This document shows, one piece after another, positions 1 through 12,389 of a stretch of DNA of 64,000 bases. This DNA comes from Nageia nagi (taxonomy: Eukaryota; Plantae; Pinophyta): positions 129,394,001-129,458,000 of the forward strand of contig JBITNC010000001.1 of NCBI GenBank assembly GCA_050084985.1. Direction: 5' to 3'. The translations under genes and the position numbers were made by a program. The stretch's first letter is position 1. Every line of letters begins with the position of its first letter. A model generated the notes under the pieces. That model worked only from the letters and a program-made list of their open reading frames with translations. It was not told where the DNA came from and did not search any database.

Positions 1-3000
1 GACTTTGAATAAAGAGGAGGCTTTAGATGTAGTAGGGATCTTTCGAGAAGAGAAACACCTCAATATGAAAACCCTAGGGTACAAGGATATATTTTGGATA
101 ATTATTTACAAGATGTTAGACAATGTATAACACAATTAAGTATACCTCCATCTTCACCCCATATACATAGTTTTTCTCCATATGGAAGATATTTGAGGGA
201 AGATAAATAAAAAATAGCGAAGGAACCACATAATGATGAAGAACGAAGGCTCCTCCTTCAAGAGCATAATCAGTTGATACAATAATTCAAAGGGGTCCAT
301 TTAGGCATAAGTATAATCATGTTACATGATACTTGCTAGATGGGTGGTTATTTCAATCTTACTTAAGAAGAGAGGATTATTTGCCTTCTACAATTTCAAG
401 ATAAGTGGAAGAATTTGATGAAAGGATATCTATACATTTGGAAAATCCTATACCTTAAGCGAGGGATACCTTTAAGGTATATGATAATCCTTATCATATA
501 TTAAGTTTAAATACCCCATCTCCTTTGGTAAGAATTCAACAAATTACTCAAGGAAAATCAACTCAGTCAAACTTATCAAGGTTCAAGTTGTAAGAAATAC
601 CTCCCTATTCTTATAAGAAAGAACAAGAACCTCAAAGAAATGTGCCTCAACAAGAGAGTATACAACAAAAAATATGCAACAACAACAATAAATATTGGCT
701 CAATCTAATCAACAAGTTATGAAACCAATAAAATTCACTGAACATTACCAAGCTCAAACTCAACCTATGCCTAATATACCTCAAAATAGGAATATGTAAA
801 ATATTCAACATCATTACCAAATTCAAACTCAACTAGTTACAAATGTACCTTAAAATAAGAATATATCAAATATTCAACATCAATGTCAAGTTGCGATTGG
901 TCAAGGTTTATAGGTGAGTAATAAAATACCATATATGGCACAATCATTATCTCCTCAGAACTATGGAGTGTATAGATATCAAGATCCCTACTTTGCTAAA
1001 AATAAAGCAATCTCATTAAAAAAGAGACAAAGATATCATCTTCCTCCATCCCAAGATAGGAAATAAAGATATCATCTTCCTCCATCCCAAGATAGAAAAC
1101 AAAGATATCAATTACCTCCTAAACCACCTCATCAACCTTGAACACCAACACCACCATATAGTGAAGGTTATTATGAGGCAAGGATGCCCTCAAAGCATTT
1201 ATATAAACCTTCTCAAGAATTTGAGGAAATAAACTATCCTATAGAAAAAGCATATCCAAGACATGAAGAATACCTTGACTATTCACATAATCAACTAATG
1301 GAGAAGGTAACAAAAGAGGATGATGATTTATATAAAATATTAAAAGAAGTAGAAATTTTTTTATCTATGTAAGATAAACAAAAATGTCTTATTAGACAAT
1401 TTGTAATGAACCAATTCATCCTAGTGTTCCAAAGAAATAAATTCCTTATAATTTTGGAATTCTAAAAATTGAACTATTTAAAGGAAAAGAAAATCCTAAA
1501 TAACATCTAAGGAAATTCAAATATTCAAGTTATTTGATTTATAATGATAAAACATTAATATTACGTATCTATGACACTTGCTAGATAAGAAATGGATTGA
1601 TACAATAACCTACCAAAACGTAACATCAACTCATACTCTCAATTAGCAAATTTGTTTCTAGAACATTTCAAAATCAACATCAAAGATAAGACCTCCATCA
1701 CTTATCTTACAAGATTACAACAATTTTCATATGAATCAATTAGTTATTTCATTAGATGATGGATGATGGTGTTAACAAGTATACCTTATACTTTACCTCA
1801 GGAAGAACTAGTTAAGTTATTTAGTCAAAGTTGCCTACGACCTATTCCTAGTACATTGTTGATTCAATAACATAAAACCTTTGAAGAAGCTATGTCTCAA
1901 TCGATTATTATTAAAAGAGTTAAAATACAAGATGGAGAGATAAAGACTAAAAAGTGAGAAGGTTACATAAGAATAAAAATCAAATAAAATAATAAAATAA
2001 ATAGCTATCAATAAATAAAGTTTCAATTGCAAAAGATGTGGAACCATCGTCATCTCAAAATGTTGAAAGATATTTTAAACCTAAAAGAAAATATACACAT
2101 CTATCAGAGTCTTTTTATGATATTTTGAGAAAATTATGTGATAATAAAATATTTAATTTTCCTGAAATAAGGCCATAAACCCTAGAAGTAAGGAAAGTAG
2201 ATGGTATATTAAAGAAGAATTATGTCATTTCCATTGTTAAAAGGTCATGAAAAAAAATGTCAAACCTTAAAAAATACAGTCCAAGACTTAATTGATAATG
2301 GGAAGTTAAAAGTGGATAATCCTATTATAATTCCTAATAAAAACTTATGAATTTATCAAAACCCACTTCCACAACATACAAAAAATAGCATATCATTACA
2401 TTTAACTGAAAAGTAAGTAATACATAAATGGAGTCAAGATGATTCAAATTTTTTAGACATGATAAGTGTTACTACAAGAGCATAAAAGATTCAAGGGAGA
2501 CACAATGGTGTACCAAATAATTATCAAGATAAGATTCATATGCCATCTTACATACACAAACCACAACCTCCTAAAGTATCTATAAAAGATGTTCTATAAC
2601 AACAACTAAAAGGTTCACAAGTAAAATTATCCTTGTTTGAGTTGTTGCAACAATCCAAAGATCATAGAGATGATATGAATCAATTGTTATAAATGATTGA
2701 AATAAATATTAATAATCCTAAGAGTTTCATAAACTTTGTGAGAAATATTAAAACATATCAAAAACCTACAATAGTGTTTTATGATCATGAACTAAAGGAT
2801 CCCAAAGGAACACAAGGATCATATCCACCTTTGCATATTATAGCTAAGATTGATGGAAAAGTATTCAAAAGAATCTTGGTTGATGGAGGATAAGCTATCA
2901 ATATTATTTCAATGACCACATATAAAAATTTAAATATTCTTTTTTCACATATTTGTGCACCATATCTTCAACTAAAAGCATTTAACAATGCTTTATGTTC

Positions 3001-6000
3001 AATGGTAGGGTCAATTTAATTACCTATTACTATAGGATAAAAAATGATGTAAACATTACTACAAGTGATTGAAGCATATATCACACAATATAATATTCTC
3101 CTAAGAAGACCTTGGATCAAAGATATGCAATGTGTCCCATCAACATACCATAATTATTTGAAATATATTCATGAAGGAGTAGTACATTTTGTACCTAGAG
3201 ATGATAATCTATATTCACATTGTAATGCTACTAATTTACCTAATGATATAACTTTACCTTATACTCATTTTTGCATGATATCTATACCAAAGAATGATCC
3301 CTTAGTAATTAATTTCAATAGAAATAATCATACTTCCTCAAATATCTTAAAAGATAAACAAGCTATTAATCAATCTAAATTAATTGAGCATCATTAAGAA
3401 GTTGATAATATCTTACAATAAAAAATAACCATGACACCAAAAGAGATGGAATCTTTGGAAGAAATAACTCATAAGCTATATAAATTAAGCAAAGCCTCCT
3501 CATCAAAAGATTCATCCCAAGTGAATGTATCATCTCAAAATAATGATGCTAAAGATGACACATTGTTAGATATCTATCTAGTGACAATAAAGTTATCTAA
3601 TTTAGGAATAGGAGAGTATGAAATTAATGATGTAATATTTAATATTCCTTCTACCCAAGATATTAGAAGACCTAATGAATCACCTAGTGTGATAAAAAAA
3701 TTAGTGCCATTGGGAAGAGAGTCTAATCAAACATTATTTGTATATGCAGGTCCTATAGAACCAACACCATTTCATGTACCTAAGGTTAACAAAGGTGTAT
3801 TTTGCAATTCATTAGAATACTTATCACCTTTCATAAAATATTTTGTCCAAAAATACTTTCATATATGTCAATAGAAAGGACATGGTTTAGGTCAATATGA
3901 ACAAGGACCTAGATACATAATTGATATTCATTATCAATTACAAAGTGATAAAACATATTTAAAATATACAACAAAGAGTAAAAAAGATCCCACTATAGAA
4001 ATGGTTGAGTTAGGACTAGAAAAAATTGATTATGAATATTTAATTCAAGACTTTGAATGGATGGCCAATCAAAGTGAAATAGAGTTAGATGTATCAATAC
4101 CTGAATATCTATTTTGTAACATTATTTCAATTACTATGGTAGAGATTGAATAAGTATCTAATGAAGTTTCAGAAAAAAATATCTTTTGATTGGTCTATAA
4201 GTGATGATTTTCAATCATTGAGCCTGGTAAGCTCAAGTAGCTCTTCATCATATTTCATGATTAAGGAAGATATTATAGAATTTTCACTCATTTACAAGAA
4301 TCCAACAATACAAGAATTAATATATATAAATTTTATATTCCAAAATTTTGAATCCCCATAAATACAACCTTGATTCAAAAAATATAGGTGAAGATGAGGA
4401 ATATAGCCTACATGATAAAAATTGGATTCTAGTACCCAACCAATTGGAAGAGGGGTATCACATGTTGATTGAAGAAATAATCAAAGTAAATTTAAGTGAT
4501 GATCCTAGTAATCCCAATATTATTCAAATAGGAAAATCCTTAAGTGAAAAAGAAAGAGAAATATTCCTCCATTCTTAAATAAAAACATAAAGTATTTACA
4601 TAGTCTTACATAGATATGCCTAGGTTGGATTCAAAATTAGTTGTACACAACTTAGGACTTGAAAAAGATGCCAAACCTATCAAAAAAAAGTTACAAAATA
4701 TGCATTCCATAATAGTGTTAATGATAAAAGAGTAATTACAAAAGATACTAAAAGTAAAATTTATTCATCCTATTGATTATTTTGATTAGATATCTAATAT
4801 GGTTTTGGTTAAAAAACCCAATGAAAAGATTTGTATTTGCATAGATTTCAGAGATCTCAATAAAGCATGTCCAAAAAATGATTTCCCACTTCCAAATATT
4901 GATAATTTGGTTGATGCTACATTTGACCATGAAATTCTTTCACTAATGGATGAATTTTTTGGATATAATCAAATAAAAGTGGCTACAAAAGATCAACATA
5001 ATACAACATTCACCACACCTTAGGGAACCTTTTGTTACAAAGTAATGCCCTTTGGTTTAAAGAATGTTGAGGCAACTTATCAAATAGCAATGACATATAT
5101 CTTACATGATTACTTGCATGACATCATGGATGATTATTTAGATTATTTTTTGGCTAAATCTAATACTAGAGAACAACATCTAGAAGTGCTTATAAAAATA
5201 TTTGATAAGTTGTTAGAAAATAATGTTAGACTAAACCCAAAGAAATGTGTCTTTGGAGTTACTTCAGGAAAGTTAGTAAATTTTATTGTATCAAGACAAG
5301 GAATTGAAGTAGATCACAATAAAATAAAAACCATAGTAGATATGCCTTCTCCTTCAAATATAAAATAAAGTTTACATGGAAAATTAGAAGCAATAAGGCA
5401 CTTTATATCATAATTATCTGATAAATGCAAGTATTTTAATAAATTATTAAAAAAGGTGATCATTTTTCACTAGGGAAATGAACAACAAGAAGCATTTGAT
5501 GAAATAAAATGCTATCTTTTATCGCCACTAGTTTTAATCCCCTTAAGAGAAAGAGAACCATTTTTACTTTATTAATCATCCATAGAAACCACCTTAGGCA
5601 TCATGCTTGCTCAAAAGAATGAAAATAACAAAGAACAAGTCATATACTATCTTATTCAAACTCTAATTGATTATGAGATAAGTCTATATGAAAAAATTAT
5701 TTTTAGCAATAGTTTTTGCTACAAAGAAACTTAGGCATTACATGCTTAACCACATGACTTATATGATTTGTAAAGAAGATCCATTGAAATATATGATGAA
5801 TAACACTAATCAAAATACAAGAACATCCAATTGGATCATGCACTTAGTAGAATTTGATTTGCAATTCATAAATCAAAAATCTATAAAAGGTCAGGTTATA
5901 GCCGATTATCTCATAGATGCACCATTGCAAGATGGTAAACCTCTTATAACTGAACTACTAGATGAACGTATCTTCCAACTAGATGAAATGGAAACTCTTG

Positions 6001-7780
6001 TTGATCTCAAAGAAGAATGGGATATGATAATTCACTTTTATGGTTCTTGATGTGAACAAAGTGGAGGTGTCGGTGTTATATTTATTACACCACAAGGAGT
6101 ACCCATACCATATTATTTCAAATTAATGTTTACATGCACATATAATAATGCTAAATATGAAGCTTTAATATTAGCTATGAAGATCATTATAAAATTAAAA
6201 AAAAGTAAGGTTCATTGGTTACTCATTGTTAATAGTAAATCAAGTTAAAGGAGTTTTTCAATGTAAAGAATCATTACTTCAAAAATATAAGAAACTAGTA
6301 GCTATGCTACTACAATCATTTGGAAAATGTGAGATAGAAGCAATGCCTATATCAACTAATAGGTTTGTTAATGCCATGCAATCAATTGTATCCTTGATAC
6401 CATAAGATCCTCATCAATGTACAATTCATATGGAGATAATTCAAATCACTGAATCTTCCTTAGATGCAAATGATAAATCACATGAAGTCTTAGATATTAC
6501 CATATAAGATAAAAAATTATGGCATATTCAATTAGTTAAATTCTTGAGAGATGGAGTCTTACCTCAATATTTAACTAAATTAGCTAAAAAAGCATTTAAT
6601 TTAAAAGCTTCTAGTTATTGTATGCTAGTATATGTGTTTTACCATAGGGGTTTCAATGGAGTATTACTTAGATGTGTAGAATGGGTAGACTCACAAATTG
6701 CAATCTCATGTGCACATGATGGAATATGTGGAGGAAACTTTAGTGGTCTAGCTATTATGAAATGATTAATAAACATGGAATACTATTGACCTACAATGGA
6801 ATGTGACTTTGTTGAATATGTTAAGAATGTTTTAAGTGTCAACAACATGCCAATCTATATATTCAATTGTCACAAGCCTTACAACCAATGCAATCATTAT
6901 GGTTATTCTTAATATGGGCATTAGAACTGATAAGTCAAATCTTTCCCACCTCATTAGGTGGTCATAAATGTATAATTACAACTACAAAATATTTTACAAA
7001 GTGGGTTGAGGCTATTACTATGATTTTCACTAAAGGTATGAAAATAGCAAAATTCATAGAATATCACATTATATTTCATTTTAGAATTGCTACTAAAATT
7101 GTGTGGGATAATGGAAAATAATTCAAAAATAAGGAGGTACTTGCTTTGTGTAAAGGATACCACATCAAAATTGGTTTCTCAATGACTTACTACTCTCAAG
7201 GGAATGACCAAGTGGAGGCTATAAACAAAACCATTAGAAGTATTTTGTTAAAAATAGTTAATAATTCCCAAAGAGATTGTCATACAAGAATTCCATACAC
7301 TTTAAGGGCATATCGTACTAGCATTAGAACTCCTATTGGGGCAACCCAATTTTCTTTAGTTTATGGGATAGAAGTAATACTACCATCAGAAATCAAAATT
7401 CCTTCTTTACACATCACATTACAAGATTACATAATAGATGAAGCAACTTGTCAAACTAGGTTAGATCAATTATTGTTATTGGATGAAAAATGAATTTATG
7501 CATTAGAACATATGCAAACTTATGAAAATAATATCAAGAAAGATTTGATAAAAAAAGCCAAAATCCATTAATTTAATATGGGAGATTTAGTGCTTAAAGA
7601 AAATAAAAAAACCTCACCAATTGAATGACAAATTTATGATAAGTTTTCCCCTAATTCGTTAGGATCATACATTATTAAGAAAAAATTTGTCTCAAGAGCT
7701 TACCAATTAGATAATATGGAAGGAAATGATGAGTTTGAATCCATAAACATCACACATCTTCATCCTTTTTATAGCAAAAA
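1..7780 (+). pseudogene. gag-pol polyprotein of element A (many stops and frameshifts)
   Basis: Protease (RILVDGG, 2693-2893; YNILLRRPW). RT (CIDFRDLNKACPKNDFPLPNID; MPFGLKN; YLDY for YVDD). RNase H (AIVFATKKLRHY). Second archaeal-type RNase H (~6020-6400). Integrase (YFTKWVEA; YYSQGNDQVEAINK; AYRTSIRT). Confidence 0.92.
1030..1110 (+). repeat. 36-bp in-frame tandem duplication in the gag N-terminal low-complexity region
   Basis: aagatatcatcttcctccatcccaagatag at 1030 and 1066, with a partial third copy at ~1102. Confidence 0.85.
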
Positions 7781-7855
7781 TCCTTTTTTTTATCAATTTA
7801 TACATATTGTAAATGTAGTTCAATTAAGTAAATATTATGCAAAAAACTCATAGAT

Positions 7856-9376
7856 ATGCATAACTTGGATAGAGATGATGATAAAAAGGAGTAAAAGTTT
7901 TCACATACCATCAAAAAGAAGAGGAATATGATATACTCCATGGTTTTAAAGGCCAAGATATCTAGGAGATAGGGCCATATCCAAATTGATAGAATTCACT
8001 TTCAAGGGGCTCAGAATTTCCTTCAGCTTCCCATTAACATACAGAGGAATTTGAATTTGAATTAATATCTAGGTAAATATGATGGATGAAAAAAATGTGT
8101 TAAAGAAGATAATCTTGATATTCATATAGATCAAGTTGTGTACTTCTTGGGCTTTTGGCATTACCATACACAAATACATAAAATAAACTTGTTATGCTTA
8201 TATTTGCCTAGTGCAGCACCTAGACTCATACTTGATTACATTTTTAATGATTGGGTTTTAGAAATTGCATCTCAAAATCCATAAACTTGCATCCAATCAT
8301 GACTTGGATAAATCAAATTGTAGGAGATTTATGCCATCAAAAACTAATATATGATTTTTCTCCTTCGTTTGTGGCTAAACCCAAAAAATCAAAAAGAGTA
8401 AAAAGAAATATCAACAAATGATTTGAATATGCTAATATAGATTTCATGGATAGGTATAGAGGGGATGATTACATGATATTACTTTGAAAATATCCTTCTA
8501 CACTTATTTCTCACTTTCCAACTTTACTGAAAGATATTCAACAAGTGATAACCATGAAATATTATGAGAATCATACATCAAATGCATGGGAATTAAGAAT
8601 AAATGGTTTAAGATCAAAATTGAAATAAAAGCACAAGAAATATGGACAGAACAAGAATATGAAATGATTTTATTACAATGGTTTCATCTACATTAGCCCT
8701 ATGATAAACCTAGAATTGTAATAGATTATGTTGAAGATCTACATATCAAAAGTATGGGACATTCTCTTATCCTAACTTCAGTTGTTTTAGATCTAGTATT
8801 GTAATATTTTATATCATTATTTTTAAAAGAGAAATTATATTTAATTATAGTTCATTTCTTAGTAATAGTTATGGTGTGAACAATCCCTTGAATGTGAAGG
8901 TACAATTTGAACAAATTAGTCAACATCTAAATAAGAGGAAACAAATGAAAATTGTTTTCCATAAACATTGCTATAACATTATCAACAAACTAAATTTTGG
9001 TTCTCCTATAGGAAGTCTCATTTCATACTTTCCATCATGGACTTATCCATTACCATCAATTCCATGACCTCCTGTTTCACTACATCCTACATACATACCA
9101 TGATTTTTGATACTTCCTAAGGTACATTATGAAGTTTCAACTTCATATATGGAATTTAAGAGAATCATTAGGAAGTTTAGGCGAAAGCCTAAACCATCAC
9201 TCCCACCACTCATTTCATATCCCATTCATTCTCAACCATCTATCTTGGGGTAAGGTCCCCTTCATCTTTAAGTGTGGCCCTCTTACCATTATTTCTTAGA
9301 TCATGGATGTTGGATTATTCATAGGAAAATTATTTACCAACACCATTCAAGGATTTTAAATCACCTTCCATTGTAA
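7856..9376 (+). pseudogene. Accessory ORF2 of element A, unknown family, decayed
   Basis: Manual translation matches element B 30390-32060 (-): HFQGAQNFLQLPINIQR vs HF*GSQNFL*LPIDIQR, MKYYENHTSNAW vs MKYFENHTSNTW, H*PYDKPRI vs HWPYDKPKI. Many differences are synonymous third-position changes. Confidence 0.75.
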
Positions 9377-9583
9377 AAAATAACAAGACACACCAAAAAT
9401 AAAAAAAATATCAAAAAAATATAAAAATAAATAAAAATTTATGCTTGTGCATATATGTGTAGTGTATATATATTTCTTCATATATGCATGCCTATTGATT
9501 AATCTATATGCAAACAAAATATTTATATATGTTGTCTCTTACAAATTGTACATAATTTTTGAAACTTGCATTTAATGTTGTAG

Positions 9584-10310
9584 GTGGTTGATCACATTTT
9601 AAACACTAGCATCATGAGTCATCATCATATTTATTTTGGACCAACCAATTGGGGGGTATTATATCCATATCATATTCCACCCAATCCTTGGGAATTATCT
9701 TCCCTTTACATCTCATGTGCAGCATGCACATTCTTGAGTAACCATGTAGAGAGTAAGGTCCTATCAATGGATGTAGACATGAACTATTTTTTTGAGTTTC
9801 ATGAGGGTATTCAACATAATATTTTATCTATGATAACATTGCAAAGTCTATTAGATAGATCTGATCATGCTTACAATATTTTGAAAGATTCTTTTTGGGT
9901 AAGCCTACATATTGAACATGGGCCACGTTGGGGAAATTACATAATTTATGATATACCTAATGAATAATTTCTCCAAAATCTCATTAGCATATTTTCTAGA
10001 CCAGATTTCATATGTAGCATTATGATTAATGCCCCTATCAATCCATTTATTTATAGACTTTTTAAATTCTATAGACCACCATCCTTGCATCCTCAAGAGT
10101 CTTTTGAATAACTCACCATTACCCATATAATATCTATAAATATTTTTCATTAGAACTTCATATTTTTTATGTTTATCACTCACCATGCCATACATTGGAA
10201 AATTGACCATGCTATCTATACTCATTGTCATTTTTATCCCATATCCCATAATCACTTACTACAAACCCTTACTCGACTTGAATCCATTACAAACAGGTTG
10301 AAGATGAAAA
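9584..10310 (+). pseudogene. Accessory ORF3 of element A, unknown family, decayed
   Basis: ORF 9584-9967 is homologous to ORF 29665-30099 (-): PPNPWELSSL vs PPISWELSSL, WGNYIIYDIPNE vs WGTYFIYDIPDE. The frame continues past the stop at 9965 (FLQNLI in both copies). Confidence 0.8.
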
Positions 10311-10904
10311 AAAAATCAATACAAAATAAAAAAATTACAAATATATATATATATACTCAAAAAATTATTTCTAAAGTGTCTTGGCTATTGGGTTGCTTCC
10401 CTACTTGTTCATACCATACCATTATCTTAATCTTATTCGCCATTCCCACCCTCATGAAACTATTAAATGCCAAACATGATAATTCTAGTAACTTACCAAG
10501 TTATATATATAAACCATACATCCATCCACATATTGTTCATATATATAGCTGTATGTATAAATAAAGAAGTAATTTATGAATATAATATTCATATTCAATT
10601 TTATTGACATATCTTTTACAAAGTTTTTGAAACTTAGAGTGATAAACAAACATAACTATGATGCATATTCAATATATTATGAACTTATACATATTTTCAC
10701 ATTTAAAATCTCAAAATAATAAAAACTAGATGTTCCTTGAGCATAATTACGAGTGATTATTCATCCTATTATTTCACTTCATCCCAAATGCAAGAGATAG
10801 GATAGGAAGAAATAAGAAAATAGGAAGAAAATAAAAATATAAAAAATACATATAGATAGAAAAAAAGATAAAAATAAAAGAAGAGTAGAATTTTTGGGTT
10901 ATTA

Positions 10905-11022
10905 CAGTATCCTTTATTGGGGCTATGAATGCCTAACTAGTAATAGAGCATGGCTGTAACTAGATCTAGGGGTTAGTGTTCATTAAGGCTATGGATGCTC
11001 ATCTAGTAATGAAGTATACCTT
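10905..11022 (+). repeat. Duplicated non-coding motif (ggctatg(g/a)atgc...ctagtaat) also present in element B
   Basis: Two copies about 68 bp apart. The reverse-complement counterpart atccatagcc occurs twice in B within 28620-28735. Confidence 0.6.
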
Positions 11023-11479
11023 ACAAAGTGATGACATGTCTAATATCCATGATGGACCTTTGTACATTTCATATAGATGAATCATCTTACATATTTTATG
11101 CTCTTGAAACATTAAGTTTGTGAGAATCAAGAGAAGGGAATGAACATCATTACACACATGAGTTCATAGTAAACCTACATATATTATAACTTTGTTTTAT
11201 ATCATCCCTAGTAGATGAAACCAAAATAAAATATTATTTGATGAAGTTAATATTAAATATCTTATTTATTACACTTCTTTATTATATTACCCATTCATTC
11301 CACCTAACAATATATACATTATTATTATAAGCTTGATGAGTTGTTTACATGTTATGATTGACATCCATATAGTTATGTCATTCATTAATTTACTCATGTT
11401 CATGAGTATAAATTCATAATTTCATACATTCACACATCCACATATTCCCTACATTAATCTTTTTGGGTTGTTAAATTTG

Positions 11480-11820
11480 AGGTGCTTCCACATTCTTTGA
11501 GAAAAAGAGTGAGTGACTGTTCTCCCCATTGATATAGAAATTAACATTATTGTAGTTAAAACCTCATGCTTCTACCCTATCTACCTGAGAACATTATTGA
11601 ATTTCATATCTTCCATTATTATTTGGGATCAAGAATAAAAAATTATTCTTATCATTTGAATTAGAAGTCAATGTTCTTTCCTTATCACATTCCCTTCATT
11701 TCACCTCCCTAGAATATCATTAAAACTCATTGCTTCCATCATTCTTTAGGATAGAGAGCAAGAAATTGCTCTTCCCTTTGAATTGGAAGTCGATGTTCTT
11801 CTTCCCATTACACTCATTAC
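11480..11820 (+). repeat. Degenerate ~123-bp tandem repeat in the 3' region of element A
   Basis: tttgaattagaagtcaatgttctt (~11655) and tttgaattggaagtcgatgttctt (~11777), with similar upstream cttccat motifs. Confidence 0.6.
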
Positions 11821-12389
11821 CATCAACTCATAAATTGTATATATTATCCCATATACATTATTCCATTACAATTGTTTTAACCATATGTAAAAATAGTCAA
11901 AAATACAAAATGATGATATTTGATTCTATACTACTATAAATAAAATCTTGTCTTTACCATAACAACATTATCCTAAATATGATAAATAATCACTAATTAT
12001 TAAACATATACATAAATTATCAACCATTATCACATCAAATAACTAAAATTAATTTATAAAAACATACATCAATGTATTGAACATTCCATTAACATAAGAT
12101 GAGATAATATAAATCTAAACATACATGTAAAAGAAACCTAGGTATATCATCCATCACCATGATAATATGTAATATAATAACATATCATCAAAACCATAAT
12201 CATATTGAGAAATAAATATGAAATAACCATAAAACATATACATCCAAGAGATATATCATCTATCACAACAAAATATCTAGGAAGATAACATAAAATCAAA
12301 TCATCATCATGTGATACATAATCATAAAAATATGCATGAGATAGCATTATCACATATATATATATATCAAAAAATACCCATGCAATATC

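Noticed and set aside
9905-10255. Minus-strand 116-aa ORF and other short opposite-strand ORFs (e.g. 12973-13296, 35025-35234, 43414-43680)
   Set aside because: These are shadows of coding regions on the other strand or chance AT-rich frames with no motifs.
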